DNA of 51,309 bases, taken from NCBI GenBank assembly GCA_002504845.1, contig DATW01000044.1:1-51309 (forward strand). Reading direction: 5' to 3'. Source of the DNA: Euryarchaeota archaeon UBA250. Its GTDB lineage: Archaea > Thermoplasmatota > Poseidoniia > Poseidoniales > Thalassarchaeaceae. The translations under genes and the position numbers were made by a program. Shown here one piece after another: positions 27,075 to 35,273 of the stretch. Within the stretch, counting starts at the first letter, position 1. Each line of letters begins with the position of its first letter. The notes beneath the pieces were generated by a model. The model had not been told where the DNA came from, made no database searches, and was given only the letters and a program-made list of their open reading frames with translations.

Positions 27075-29633
27075 TCAAGCCTTGCCACTCATTCCTTTAA
27101 TTTTTGAAGACGCCTCTTTCCTGATATTGGTGGCCAATTTGACACTCCAACCCTGGAGCGTAGATAGCTTGTTGATATCCGAATCAGTCATCGATGCAAC
27201 ATCGCTAACTGACTCCAGAGACAACTTCTCAACCATGTCCCTAGCCCTTGACCTACCAACTCCACGAATTGAAACTAGCTGAATTATGTCAGATCTACAC
27301 CCATGCCTGATTCTGATTTGTACCTCCCCAAGAAGTTCAGTCAACGAATCAGCAATTGAACCACTATCCACAATACTCTCAGAAGACTCTGCAAGTATCC
27401 TGATTGACGACCGCATTAACCACTCCACACCATCTACTCGAGATCTAATATCTCCTGGTTGAACTCCCCACGAGGACTCTAGTTCACCCATCGATCGTTC
27501 CTCAATCCAATCTAATAGCATTGAAGTAGATTTAACTCGTTCAAGCTCCTCAGTAACATCAAGCGCAATGAGTCTCTCTCGATCATGGACACCTGATCGA
27601 ATTTCCATATCCTCAAGCTCACTCCGCTTTACCCATAGCTTCTGAAAATCGGGCGTTGAAATCGCTAGATGGATGAGTGAGAACGGAGTAAGCTGTCCTA
27701 CATCATCCACACCTGAGAGAATGGAGCCAGCTCTAGACAGGCCATCAGATATTATCCGACCTGAAATCGGGTTAAGATACAGCCTTGCCACGGTTCTTCC
27801 AAGCCCTGTTGCTCGATACGTCATCGACAGAGATTCAGGCGACTCCAGAGATATCCTTTCAACATCACTCGCACGACTGAATCCGAAGACAGCAGGCCCT
27901 TTTCTCGGACTTATCACACGTCTTTCCAGCGATTCTCGTTGGATATTCTCAACTCTTACCAATCCTCCTGCGACCTTTGCCCAATCCGGCAGATCATCTC
28001 CCCAATCTTCTTCCGGCTCCTCTGAAAATTCAATCTCAGATATTCTCTCAGCGACTTTACGATCTTCCCCAGCTCTTTCTATCATGCCATTGTCTGCCAA
28101 CCATACGATTGACCGGTCGATCCTCGATTCCATCTCCTCTTTATCCAGGGAATCTGCAAGAAATGTTTGAGCTAGGAATGAGCCAAGTGCGAATCTGTCA
28201 TTCAAACCCCCTGTCGCTATCAATGCCAACAGATGGGTCAATAGAGCCGGGTCTTCCTCAGCGATGGATGAATTAGGATTTGCAAGTTTGGAGACTATCG
28301 GCTCAATTCCTCCAAGTAAATATCGATCCACGATAAACTGCTCCTCATCCGAATTCTTGGCTAATATCATGCCTTCGCCATGAGGGTCATAACCGGGTCT
28401 ACCAGCTCTCCCTAGCATCTGACGAACCTCGATTGCTCTGATCGGCATAGATCCCCCTGCAGCGGAATTCCATCTCCTATGATCCCTTATCACGACCCTT
28501 CTTGAAGGTAGATTCACTCCTTGTGCTAAGGTCGGAGTGGCCACAAGTGCCGTCAAATTACCCATTCTGAATGAATCTTCTATGATTCTCCTCTGTCGAG
28601 AGGAAAGTCCCGCGTGATGAAATCCAATTCCTCTTGAAACAGATTCAGCTAATGCCTTGCTCATAGTAGTCCCCTCGCTAGCACCAGTGATCGACTTCGA
28701 AATACTCTCCCAATTTTCTATTCGAGATCGTATACCTTCATTTCCTTCTCTTTCGGAAATACGCCTGATATGCTTAGATAATTCTCGAGCTTCTTTTTGT
28801 GCTGAAGCCCTTGAATTTACGAATATGAGAGTTTGCCCCCCTGTCTCCATCGCATCGAGTACCAATGCCCTAAGATTCTGATTGGGGTTGCCAGATATTT
28901 CTCTAGGTGAGGGCAGATCTCTCTCAACCATCCCATCTATTCTGTGAATCTTCAAATCTAGCCCATTCACAGTACCCGATTGAAGCTCTACGGGACGCCA
29001 TTCAGATTTTACCAGATCAGCTTTGAGCCAATTCGCCACTGAATCTGAATTTCCAACAGTAGCAGACAGGGCTATGATTTGACATCCAGGCCTCTCATGC
29101 CTTATCCTGGCAATTATGATCTCGAGTGTAGGACCTCTACCAGGGTCATCAAGAAGGTGGAACTCGTCAATCACGACCGCTTCCACATTATCCAGAAAAT
29201 TTGGACGGGTTCGGATTAGAGAATCAAGACGCTCACTAGTACAGACAAGAACATCCCAGTCATGTAGAGAACCCATCTCCTCTCCTCTATCCCCAAGAGC
29301 AAGACTTGCTTTGAGTCCAACTCCTTCGCATAGCGCATGTATCTCTTCGTGTTTTTCGCTAGCCAATGCCTTCAGCGGAACCACATAGATGCCCCTTCCC
29401 CCCTCGCTTGAAATTACCTTCTGAAGCATGCATATGTGTGCAACTAGAGATTTCCCACTTGCCGTAGGAATTGATAGCATCAGATTCCTGCCTGTCAGGC
29501 CATGCCTGAGGGCTTTCTCTTGAGGGGGGTAAAGAGAATCTATCCCGAGTACATTCTCAATCGAATCAGCCAGTCTGCTATCGATGCCGAGAGAGCGAAC
29601 TCTGGCCTGCGAACCAACTTCCATTGTGACCAT
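27075..29633 (-). CDS. hel308: Ski2-like DNA helicase Hel308
   Basis: Walker A PTASGKS, VIDEFHLL, SAT (LSATVGN) and motif VI QMLGRAGRPGYD, followed by winged-helix and ratchet regions and a C-terminal HhH-like domain (IRGVGRSRARDM). At 852 aa it is longer than usual because of an acidic insertion. Confidence 0.92.
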   Translation of the reverse strand: MVTMEVGSQARVRSLGIDSRLADSIENVLGIDSLYPPQEKALRHGLTGRNLMLSIPTASGKSLVAHICMLQKVISSEGGRGIYVVPLKALASEKHEEIHALCEGVGLKASLALGDRGEEMGSLHDWDVLVCTSERLDSLIRTRPNFLDNVEAVVIDEFHLLDDPGRGPTLEIIIARIRHERPGCQIIALSATVGNSDSVANWLKADLVKSEWRPVELQSGTVNGLDLKIHRIDGMVERDLPSPREISGNPNQNLRALVLDAMETGGQTLIFVNSRASAQKEARELSKHIRRISEREGNEGIRSRIENWESISKSITGASEGTTMSKALAESVSRGIGFHHAGLSSRQRRIIEDSFRMGNLTALVATPTLAQGVNLPSRRVVIRDHRRWNSAAGGSMPIRAIEVRQMLGRAGRPGYDPHGEGMILAKNSDEEQFIVDRYLLGGIEPIVSKLANPNSSIAEEDPALLTHLLALIATGGLNDRFALGSFLAQTFLADSLDKEEMESRIDRSIVWLADNGMIERAGEDRKVAERISEIEFSEEPEEDWGDDLPDWAKVAGGLVRVENIQRESLERRVISPRKGPAVFGFSRASDVERISLESPESLSMTYRATGLGRTVARLYLNPISGRIISDGLSRAGSILSGVDDVGQLTPFSLIHLAISTPDFQKLWVKRSELEDMEIRSGVHDRERLIALDVTEELERVKSTSMLLDWIEERSMGELESSWGVQPGDIRSRVDGVEWLMRSSIRILAESSESIVDSGSIADSLTELLGEVQIRIRHGCRSDIIQLVSIRGVGRSRARDMVEKLSLESVSDVASMTDSDINKLSTLQGWSVKLATNIRKEASSKIKGMSGKA

Positions 29634-29686
29634 GCTTCAAGTCAGGGCGCTAAAGGATGCCGAATGTATGAGACATCTATTTTCAA

Positions 29687-30169
29687 TCAAGACCATCTGT
29701 GAAATGCCGGATGGCCCTCTTTAACTGCAACAAAAAGTCCCTTGCCTTCCGCACATAGAATCCCATCTGCCTCGAGAGTCATCTCAATTTTCATCCGATC
29801 ATCCCATTTCGATTCATCCACTGCTTTCGCCCTGATAACCAATTTTGAGTTTGAAGGAGTCGGCCTTCTTAGATTGACAGTGTAACTAGCAGTTACTGTG
29901 CATGGAGGCTCATCTAAACCATCTCTGTCCATGATTGCGATAGCAGCAGCCCAATTCCCGTGACAATCAAGCAGAGTCCCTATTATGCCACCATTTACCA
30001 TGCCCGGAAATGCTTGATGCTCGGGCGAAGTGTCGAATTCCATTACGAGGCCATCTTCTGAACGAAAAGACCGAATTCTTAGGCCGTTTAAATTGGAAGG
30101 ACCACAACCAAAGCAGATGCTGTTACTAGCATACCTTTCTTGAACAGACATGTCGCCTACATCACTCAT
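29687..30169 (-). CDS. PaaI/4HBT-type hotdog-fold thioesterase
   Basis: CFGCGPSNLNGLRIRSF and FPGMVNGGIIGTLLDCHGNWAA match the PaaI family pattern. Confidence 0.7.
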   Translation of the reverse strand: MSDVGDMSVQERYASNSICFGCGPSNLNGLRIRSFRSEDGLVMEFDTSPEHQAFPGMVNGGIIGTLLDCHGNWAAAIAIMDRDGLDEPPCTVTASYTVNLRRPTPSNSKLVIRAKAVDESKWDDRMKIEMTLEADGILCAEGKGLFVAVKEGHPAFHRWS

Positions 30170-30191
30170 ATTCGATGTCTAAAAGAATACG

Positions 30192-30200
30192 AATTCAATC
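30192..30200. promoter_or_regulatory. Shared central A/T box (GAATTCAAT) of a 54-nt divergent spacer
   Basis: On the plus strand TTCAATC begins 30 nt upstream of GTG 30224. On the minus strand TTGAATT begins 29 nt upstream of ATG 30169. Confidence 0.4.
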
Positions 30201-30223
30201 ATTGCGGAACTAATCCTCCCTCA

Positions 30224-31588
30224 GTGCCACTTATCTCGGACCCCCACCTCCCATGGGCGTTGAGTGACGATTCTGGAACTAAGGATTCCAAAAAAGGAGT
30301 CAAACGCGCTTCGAAGAGGCGAAGATCCCCCTTGAAGGTGGTAAACCAGATACCGAAGAGGAGACGAAGAGAAATCGAAGACGCAACTGAAGAAAAATCT
30401 TCCAGCCCAGAAGCATGGTCTCGAAAATCTGGTCAGAAAAATCACAAGATCGAACGTAGAATGACCAAACCGGGCGTAGTCCGTACAGTACCATTCGACT
30501 TGATAGATACTGAGATTGGCGAATCCTGGTCGATACCAATAACCGTTGTTCATGGGGCTAGGCCGGGCCCGACAGTAACCCTTCTCGGAGCTGTGCATGG
30601 GAATGAATTGGTAGGCCCACAGGCACTCACCTTCCTTCAATCGAGCCAGATACTCGGGGAAGGTAAGGCGATTGATGCAGGAGTAATGGCAGGAACACTG
30701 AGGATAGTGCCGATCGTCAATCTCCCCGGTTACAGGAGGAGAACACGATATATTCCAGATGGAAGAGATTTGAATCGATTCTTCCCAGGTAGAGATGGAG
30801 GGAACACCACGCAGAGAATAGCCTTGAGATTGTGGGAACATATCGCCAAGACTAGTGACTTCATAATCGATCTACATTCAGCAGCAAGTGGCAGGACAAA
30901 TATGCCTCATATACGGGCGAATCTTGCACATCCCCCCAGTAGCATGCTTGCAAGGGCATTCGGAACTGAAGTGCTTCTTGATGGCCTCGGGCCAAGAGGT
31001 TCTTTGAGAAGAGTCTCCAATGAGCATGATCTTGGATGTATAACATTCGAAGGAGGCGGTGCAGATTCACTAGATTCAGATGCTGTACAGGTTGCAACAT
31101 ATGGTATATTGAACATACTACGACATCTGCATATGATCCCCGGATATCCGAGCAGCCCAAGATTTAGACTCTTAGCATCCGGCTCAATATGGATACGATC
31201 GGATCATGGAGGGCTCCTGGATGTACTGGCTCCTGTAGGATCTCTAATAGAAGCAGATGAGGTCGTTGCTACTGTAACCGATCCAGAACATGCTAGAGAA
31301 TCTGTAGAGATCCGCTCCCCAGGAAGGGGTCTGTTGATTGGAATGGCAACTCACCCATTCGTTACATCCGGAACTCCCATAGGACATCTTCTGCCGCTGA
31401 AGAGAGGGCTATCGACGATAAAAAGTAGACTAGATGAAGACGATGTCCTAATGCTCAGTGGAGTGCTCGAAGACCCAATCTGGCGAGAAGAAGATACAGA
31501 AGACATAGACCTCGAGTCATTGGATGAACCTTCTCCCGACGGATGGACGAGCGTTGATGATCCGATGCTCGAAGAGGAAGATGATTGA
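30224..31588 (+). CDS. Succinylglutamate desuccinylase/aspartoacylase (AstE/AspA, M14-like) family protein with a basic N-terminal extension
   Basis: GAVHGNELVG, GRDLNRFFPG and IIDLHSA are the family zinc and active-site landmarks. The candidate starts are ATG 30140 (overlaps the thioesterase gene), GTG 30224 (fits the -30 box, preferred) and ATG 30461 (would leave 291 nt non-coding). The C-terminal tail is acidic. Confidence 0.8.
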   Translation: MPLISDPHLPWALSDDSGTKDSKKGVKRASKRRRSPLKVVNQIPKRRRREIEDATEEKSSSPEAWSRKSGQKNHKIERRMTKPGVVRTVPFDLIDTEIGESWSIPITVVHGARPGPTVTLLGAVHGNELVGPQALTFLQSSQILGEGKAIDAGVMAGTLRIVPIVNLPGYRRRTRYIPDGRDLNRFFPGRDGGNTTQRIALRLWEHIAKTSDFIIDLHSAASGRTNMPHIRANLAHPPSSMLARAFGTEVLLDGLGPRGSLRRVSNEHDLGCITFEGGGADSLDSDAVQVATYGILNILRHLHMIPGYPSSPRFRLLASGSIWIRSDHGGLLDVLAPVGSLIEADEVVATVTDPEHARESVEIRSPGRGLLIGMATHPFVTSGTPIGHLLPLKRGLSTIKSRLDEDDVLMLSGVLEDPIWREEDTEDIDLESLDEPSPDGWTSVDDPMLEEEDD

Positions 31589-31598
31589 AACGATAATT

Positions 31599-34500
31599 TC
31601 AGTTACGATCGAAATCTGGAGCACGAGGTATATTTCGCGGGGGCGCCGCCTCGTGAATATGCTGTTCTGAGAATCCATACGCCTCAAGTGCCTCTTTCAG
31701 AACAGCTCTTCTCCTAGAGACCATTCCAGTCACTGCAACGGATATTGCCAGAAATAGTGCTATGCAACCGATAATTGCGAATCCAAGAGGCCCGCTAATC
31801 GTATCCAACAATTGCTCAGACAGAGTCGGGGGTTCAGACCAAGTTCGAACATCGAGACTCCATACAAGAATCGTCTGAATTCCTGAATCAACTACACGGA
31901 GCTCAAGCACGTGTGATTCGGACGATTCACAGAGGTTACTCAGAATATCCTCTTCAGCACAGCTAAGAGGGCCGATTTCGATCGAACCAAGATCTCCTGT
32001 TTCATATTGATTGAGTGGAATTCCGTTCAAAGACCAATACATGGTTGCATTGACTCCCTCTGGGATGTCCGGGGCCATTATGGCCATCGAATCATTAGAC
32101 GCCTCCCACACTATCACAGCACCAATGGGATGCCCGAGTTCTGAAAACCGATCGATACCCTCATCCACCAGAGCATTACAGTTCTGATCTAAACCATCCC
32201 AAAGCTCATCCGCATCAGGTCTTATCTCGGGGTCCAGATCATCACAATCATCGAACCAGTAGTATCCGTCCATATCTTCATCAGAGTCGAATGATTTGGG
32301 ATTCGTCTCGAATATCAATATCTCATCCCCGTCGCTCATTAAATCACCATCTGTGTCATAATTCAATGGCTGAGTATCGTGGACATGCACTTCATCATAG
32401 TCTGAAAGACCATCTCCATCACTATCCAAGTCAATGAAGTCCTCATCAGAGAAACCATCGCAATCATTGTCTTTCTTATCTAAAATTTCTATTCCAACTG
32501 GAGATGAGTTCGCATCTTGATCATCACAGTCCTCGAACCAATAGAAACCATCAGCATCCTCGTCATTATCGAAAACAAGTGGGTCCGTGGAACTTATACT
32601 GATTTCATGTCCGTCTGAAAGGCCATCTCCGTCCGAGTCGGGATGAAATGGATTAGTGAATCGTAAATTGAATTCTTCGTAGTCGGAAAGGCCATCTGAA
32701 TCGGAATCTGCATCGAGATAGTCCTCATCGATCTCATTATCGCAGTCATTATCGATTCCATCCAAGTATTCCAAAGCATCTGGCGATATTAGGGGATTCG
32801 AGTCATCACAGTCCTCGAACCAATATCTGCCATCTGAGTCTGAATCCACATCAGCAAGTAGAGGATTTGTGAAGTAAATTAGAACCTCATCTCCATCCGA
32901 GAGCCCGTCGCCATCTGTATCGTGATCGAGATAATCCGTACCATGGATGTGAAATTCAGGCCAATCCTTCAACCCATCATTGTCTCTATCGGTGAAATTG
33001 TACCCCTCGTCGACCATCTGATCGCAATCGTCATCGATACCATTCAGAATATCCGGTCTACCAGGGTTTACACTCGGATTCGAATCATCACAATCGTCGA
33101 AATGATAGTACAAATCACCATCAGCATCTGGGTCAAATATCAATGGGTCACTCCCATAGATTGCGATTTCTTGCCCATCTAGCAATCCGTCCCCATCAGT
33201 ATCTGAGTTCAGTGGATCCGTGAGGAAATTTTCCACCTCATCACCATCCAGTAGTCCGTCAATATCGCTATCGGATACAAGTGGGTCAGTACCGCTCTCA
33301 ATTTCGAAGGCGTCATCGAGACCATCATCATCTGAGTCTGAATCATATGGGTCCGTGCCGTGAATATTGATCTCATCTACGGTCAGAAGCCCGTCACCAT
33401 CATGGTCGCTTTCAAGATCAACGCCATGTAGGGTCAGGCCCCATGAATTCAGAGTCCCAGTGACCCCCGGCGAGGAGTCTTTCAATCTCAACGTCCAGTT
33501 ACCTGCAGCAGACTCCCCCCAGTGATGGACACTTCCGTAAATCCAATCCTGGATATCATCTCCAGTATCTCCATTTGAACTCTTGAGAACCGAGATAGTC
33601 CCGGCAGGCGACATCAATTCAATATCGAGGTCTCCTCTGTTCGAATGTGATATATCTATCATGATACTTACCGATTCGATACTCATATTGTCTGTAACTG
33701 TGAATTGAGACTCGACCCATCCGCTCTCATCTGGGATCGATAGAGGAGTCGTTGTTGGCCCGTATGTAGCGTTCGATTCAGGTACTAAGTTGGTCCAATT
33801 TGATGCCATAGAGGTCGCTGCCCCTGCATCTATGACTCCAAATCCATACTTGTGCGAAACGAGATGGCCTGCACCATTAGACGCCCAAGACACATCGTTG
33901 AAGTCATTCTTTTTCGAGGTTAGAACTATGATCTCTTGGACATCTCTCCACGATAGATTTCCATTTGCCTCAAGCATAAGTGAGATAACTCCAGATACCA
34001 GAGGAGTGGCACTTGAGGTTCCTCCAAAGGAATGTGTCACGTCTCCCCCATTATATCCAGAGGATCCAGCTACGTCTGTCGTAGTTATGCCTTCACCATC
34101 CCCCTCCGAGGGGGCAGCCACAAGGATATTCGCTCCAGGTTCAGCGTACCACGACTGTACACCGTTGTGATCTACTGCTGTCACGGCGATTGTGAATCTA
34201 TTGTTTGTGAATCCATCCGCATTCGAGTCATCATCATTCTGTAGTCCATTTCCTGCTGCGAAGGTGTAGATATTACCCAATCCGCCTCGCCCATTGTACA
34301 CACCATTCTCGATTGCTGAAAGTGTCAATGGACCCGGCCCTGAAATAGTTGCACCATCATCAGAGGGCCCCCATGAGTTTGAGTATATGTCGATGTCTTG
34401 GGGCATGTAACCAAGTGCAGAAGCATCCAATGAATCACCGCCCCAACATGCAATTAGTCTGCTTCCTGCCAGATTCGCCCCGAACCCCGCTCCTGTAACG

Positions 34501-35273
34501 TCTATCCCATTATTTCCTGCGGCTGCCGCCACTCCTCCTGCAGCGGTTCCATGAGCATCGTTTCCAGAGGGAGCGGGGTCCGAGTCCGAATCGCAGAAAT
34601 CATATGACGTCGAGGCTTCATAGTTGGGGCTGAGATCCGGATGTGTATGGTCAAGGCCATCATCGATAATCGAGATGGTCACCCCTGAACCATTGTAGGA
34701 GTTCCACGCTCCTGTGATGTTCACATCTTCCCCCTGCAAACCGCCTGTCTGTCCTGTATTGGAGAGATGCCACTGTTCAGGGAAATCGGGATCATTTGGG
34801 ATTAACCTAGGCGTCTTTTCCTGCTGTTTATCGGGTATGAATAACTCGATGAAATCTAATTCTTCGAGCGTTTCAAGCACTTCCAAAGATTTAGCAGATT
34901 TGTAAGGAGTCCACACATACGTTCCATCCATCCAACTCACGGCTTCCAAATGTCCGCTTGGGAGGACATCGACGAGGAAATCCATTTCCTCCTCGCTCAG
35001 AAGTATCCAACTACCCTTGTGGTCTTCATATGAACCACTATCCGAAACGGCTCTTTCGAAGGCTGCAGAAACCTCCGGAGAAAACTCCTCTAGGATTGTG
35101 TATCCGTCAGAAGATTCAGCAGAAACCAATCCTCCGGCCACGCTTCCAATGGGCGATAAAATCAGGATGAAGGCGATCGCTATTGAGTATCGCACATCCT
35201 CAGGACTCCGAACATGGTAAAAATCAGACCGCTTCTTTGTGCGTCTTGATCGCAGAGAAGATCTCCTCCTCAC
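31599..35273 (-). CDS. Membrane-anchored S8B (kexin/furin-type) subtilase with P-domain, thrombospondin-type-3-like Ca-binding repeats and Cys-containing MopE-like modules
   Basis: The triad context is IIDDGLDHTHPDL, HGTAAGG and FGGTSSATPLVSG. SNSWGPSDDGATISGP closely parallels furin SWGPEDDGKTVDGP. The P-domain contains SNRGDLDIELMSPAGT. The C-terminal TM segment GFAIIGCIALFLAISVAVTGMV is followed by SRRR. The start is GTG 35273 or GTG 35195 (which gives MRYSIAIAFILILSPIGSVAGG). Confidence 0.85.
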   Translation of the reverse strand: MRRRSSLRSRRTKKRSDFYHVRSPEDVRYSIAIAFILILSPIGSVAGGLVSAESSDGYTILEEFSPEVSAAFERAVSDSGSYEDHKGSWILLSEEEMDFLVDVLPSGHLEAVSWMDGTYVWTPYKSAKSLEVLETLEELDFIELFIPDKQQEKTPRLIPNDPDFPEQWHLSNTGQTGGLQGEDVNITGAWNSYNGSGVTISIIDDGLDHTHPDLSPNYEASTSYDFCDSDSDPAPSGNDAHGTAAGGVAAAAGNNGIDVTGAGFGANLAGSRLIACWGGDSLDASALGYMPQDIDIYSNSWGPSDDGATISGPGPLTLSAIENGVYNGRGGLGNIYTFAAGNGLQNDDDSNADGFTNNRFTIAVTAVDHNGVQSWYAEPGANILVAAPSEGDGEGITTTDVAGSSGYNGGDVTHSFGGTSSATPLVSGVISLMLEANGNLSWRDVQEIIVLTSKKNDFNDVSWASNGAGHLVSHKYGFGVIDAGAATSMASNWTNLVPESNATYGPTTTPLSIPDESGWVESQFTVTDNMSIESVSIMIDISHSNRGDLDIELMSPAGTISVLKSSNGDTGDDIQDWIYGSVHHWGESAAGNWTLRLKDSSPGVTGTLNSWGLTLHGVDLESDHDGDGLLTVDEINIHGTDPYDSDSDDDGLDDAFEIESGTDPLVSDSDIDGLLDGDEVENFLTDPLNSDTDGDGLLDGQEIAIYGSDPLIFDPDADGDLYYHFDDCDDSNPSVNPGRPDILNGIDDDCDQMVDEGYNFTDRDNDGLKDWPEFHIHGTDYLDHDTDGDGLSDGDEVLIYFTNPLLADVDSDSDGRYWFEDCDDSNPLISPDALEYLDGIDNDCDNEIDEDYLDADSDSDGLSDYEEFNLRFTNPFHPDSDGDGLSDGHEISISSTDPLVFDNDEDADGFYWFEDCDDQDANSSPVGIEILDKKDNDCDGFSDEDFIDLDSDGDGLSDYDEVHVHDTQPLNYDTDGDLMSDGDEILIFETNPKSFDSDEDMDGYYWFDDCDDLDPEIRPDADELWDGLDQNCNALVDEGIDRFSELGHPIGAVIVWEASNDSMAIMAPDIPEGVNATMYWSLNGIPLNQYETGDLGSIEIGPLSCAEEDILSNLCESSESHVLELRVVDSGIQTILVWSLDVRTWSEPPTLSEQLLDTISGPLGFAIIGCIALFLAISVAVTGMVSRRRAVLKEALEAYGFSEQHIHEAAPPRNIPRAPDFDRN
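32154..33416 (-). repeat. Coding tandem repeats: DxDxDG Ca-binding motifs plus about 3.5 copies of a roughly 95-aa module (W/Y-F-x-D-C-D-D...D-x-D-C-D)
   Basis: This is protein aa 620-1040. The modules start at LYYHFDDCDD, RYWFEDCDD, FYWFEDCDD and YYWFDDCDD. Each (except the last, truncated copy) is followed by DSDGDGLSDxxE-type motifs. Confidence 0.75.

Noticed and set aside
32154-33416. Periodic DNA repeats could suggest a CRISPR array or satellite.
   Set aside because: The period of about 285 nt is in-frame within a 1224-aa ORF and encodes Asp/Cys repeat modules. There are no short identical direct repeats separated by unique spacers.
35195-35273. The Arg-rich N-terminus of the S8 convertase ORF (MRRRSSLRSRRTKKR) could be a twin-arginine (Tat) signal.
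   Set aside because: It does not match the S/T-R-R-x-F-L-K consensus. It is separated from the hydrophobic core by about 15 residues. It lies in the 50-nt overlap with the upstream gene, so a GTG start at 35195 that gives a plain Sec-type signal is equally or more likely.
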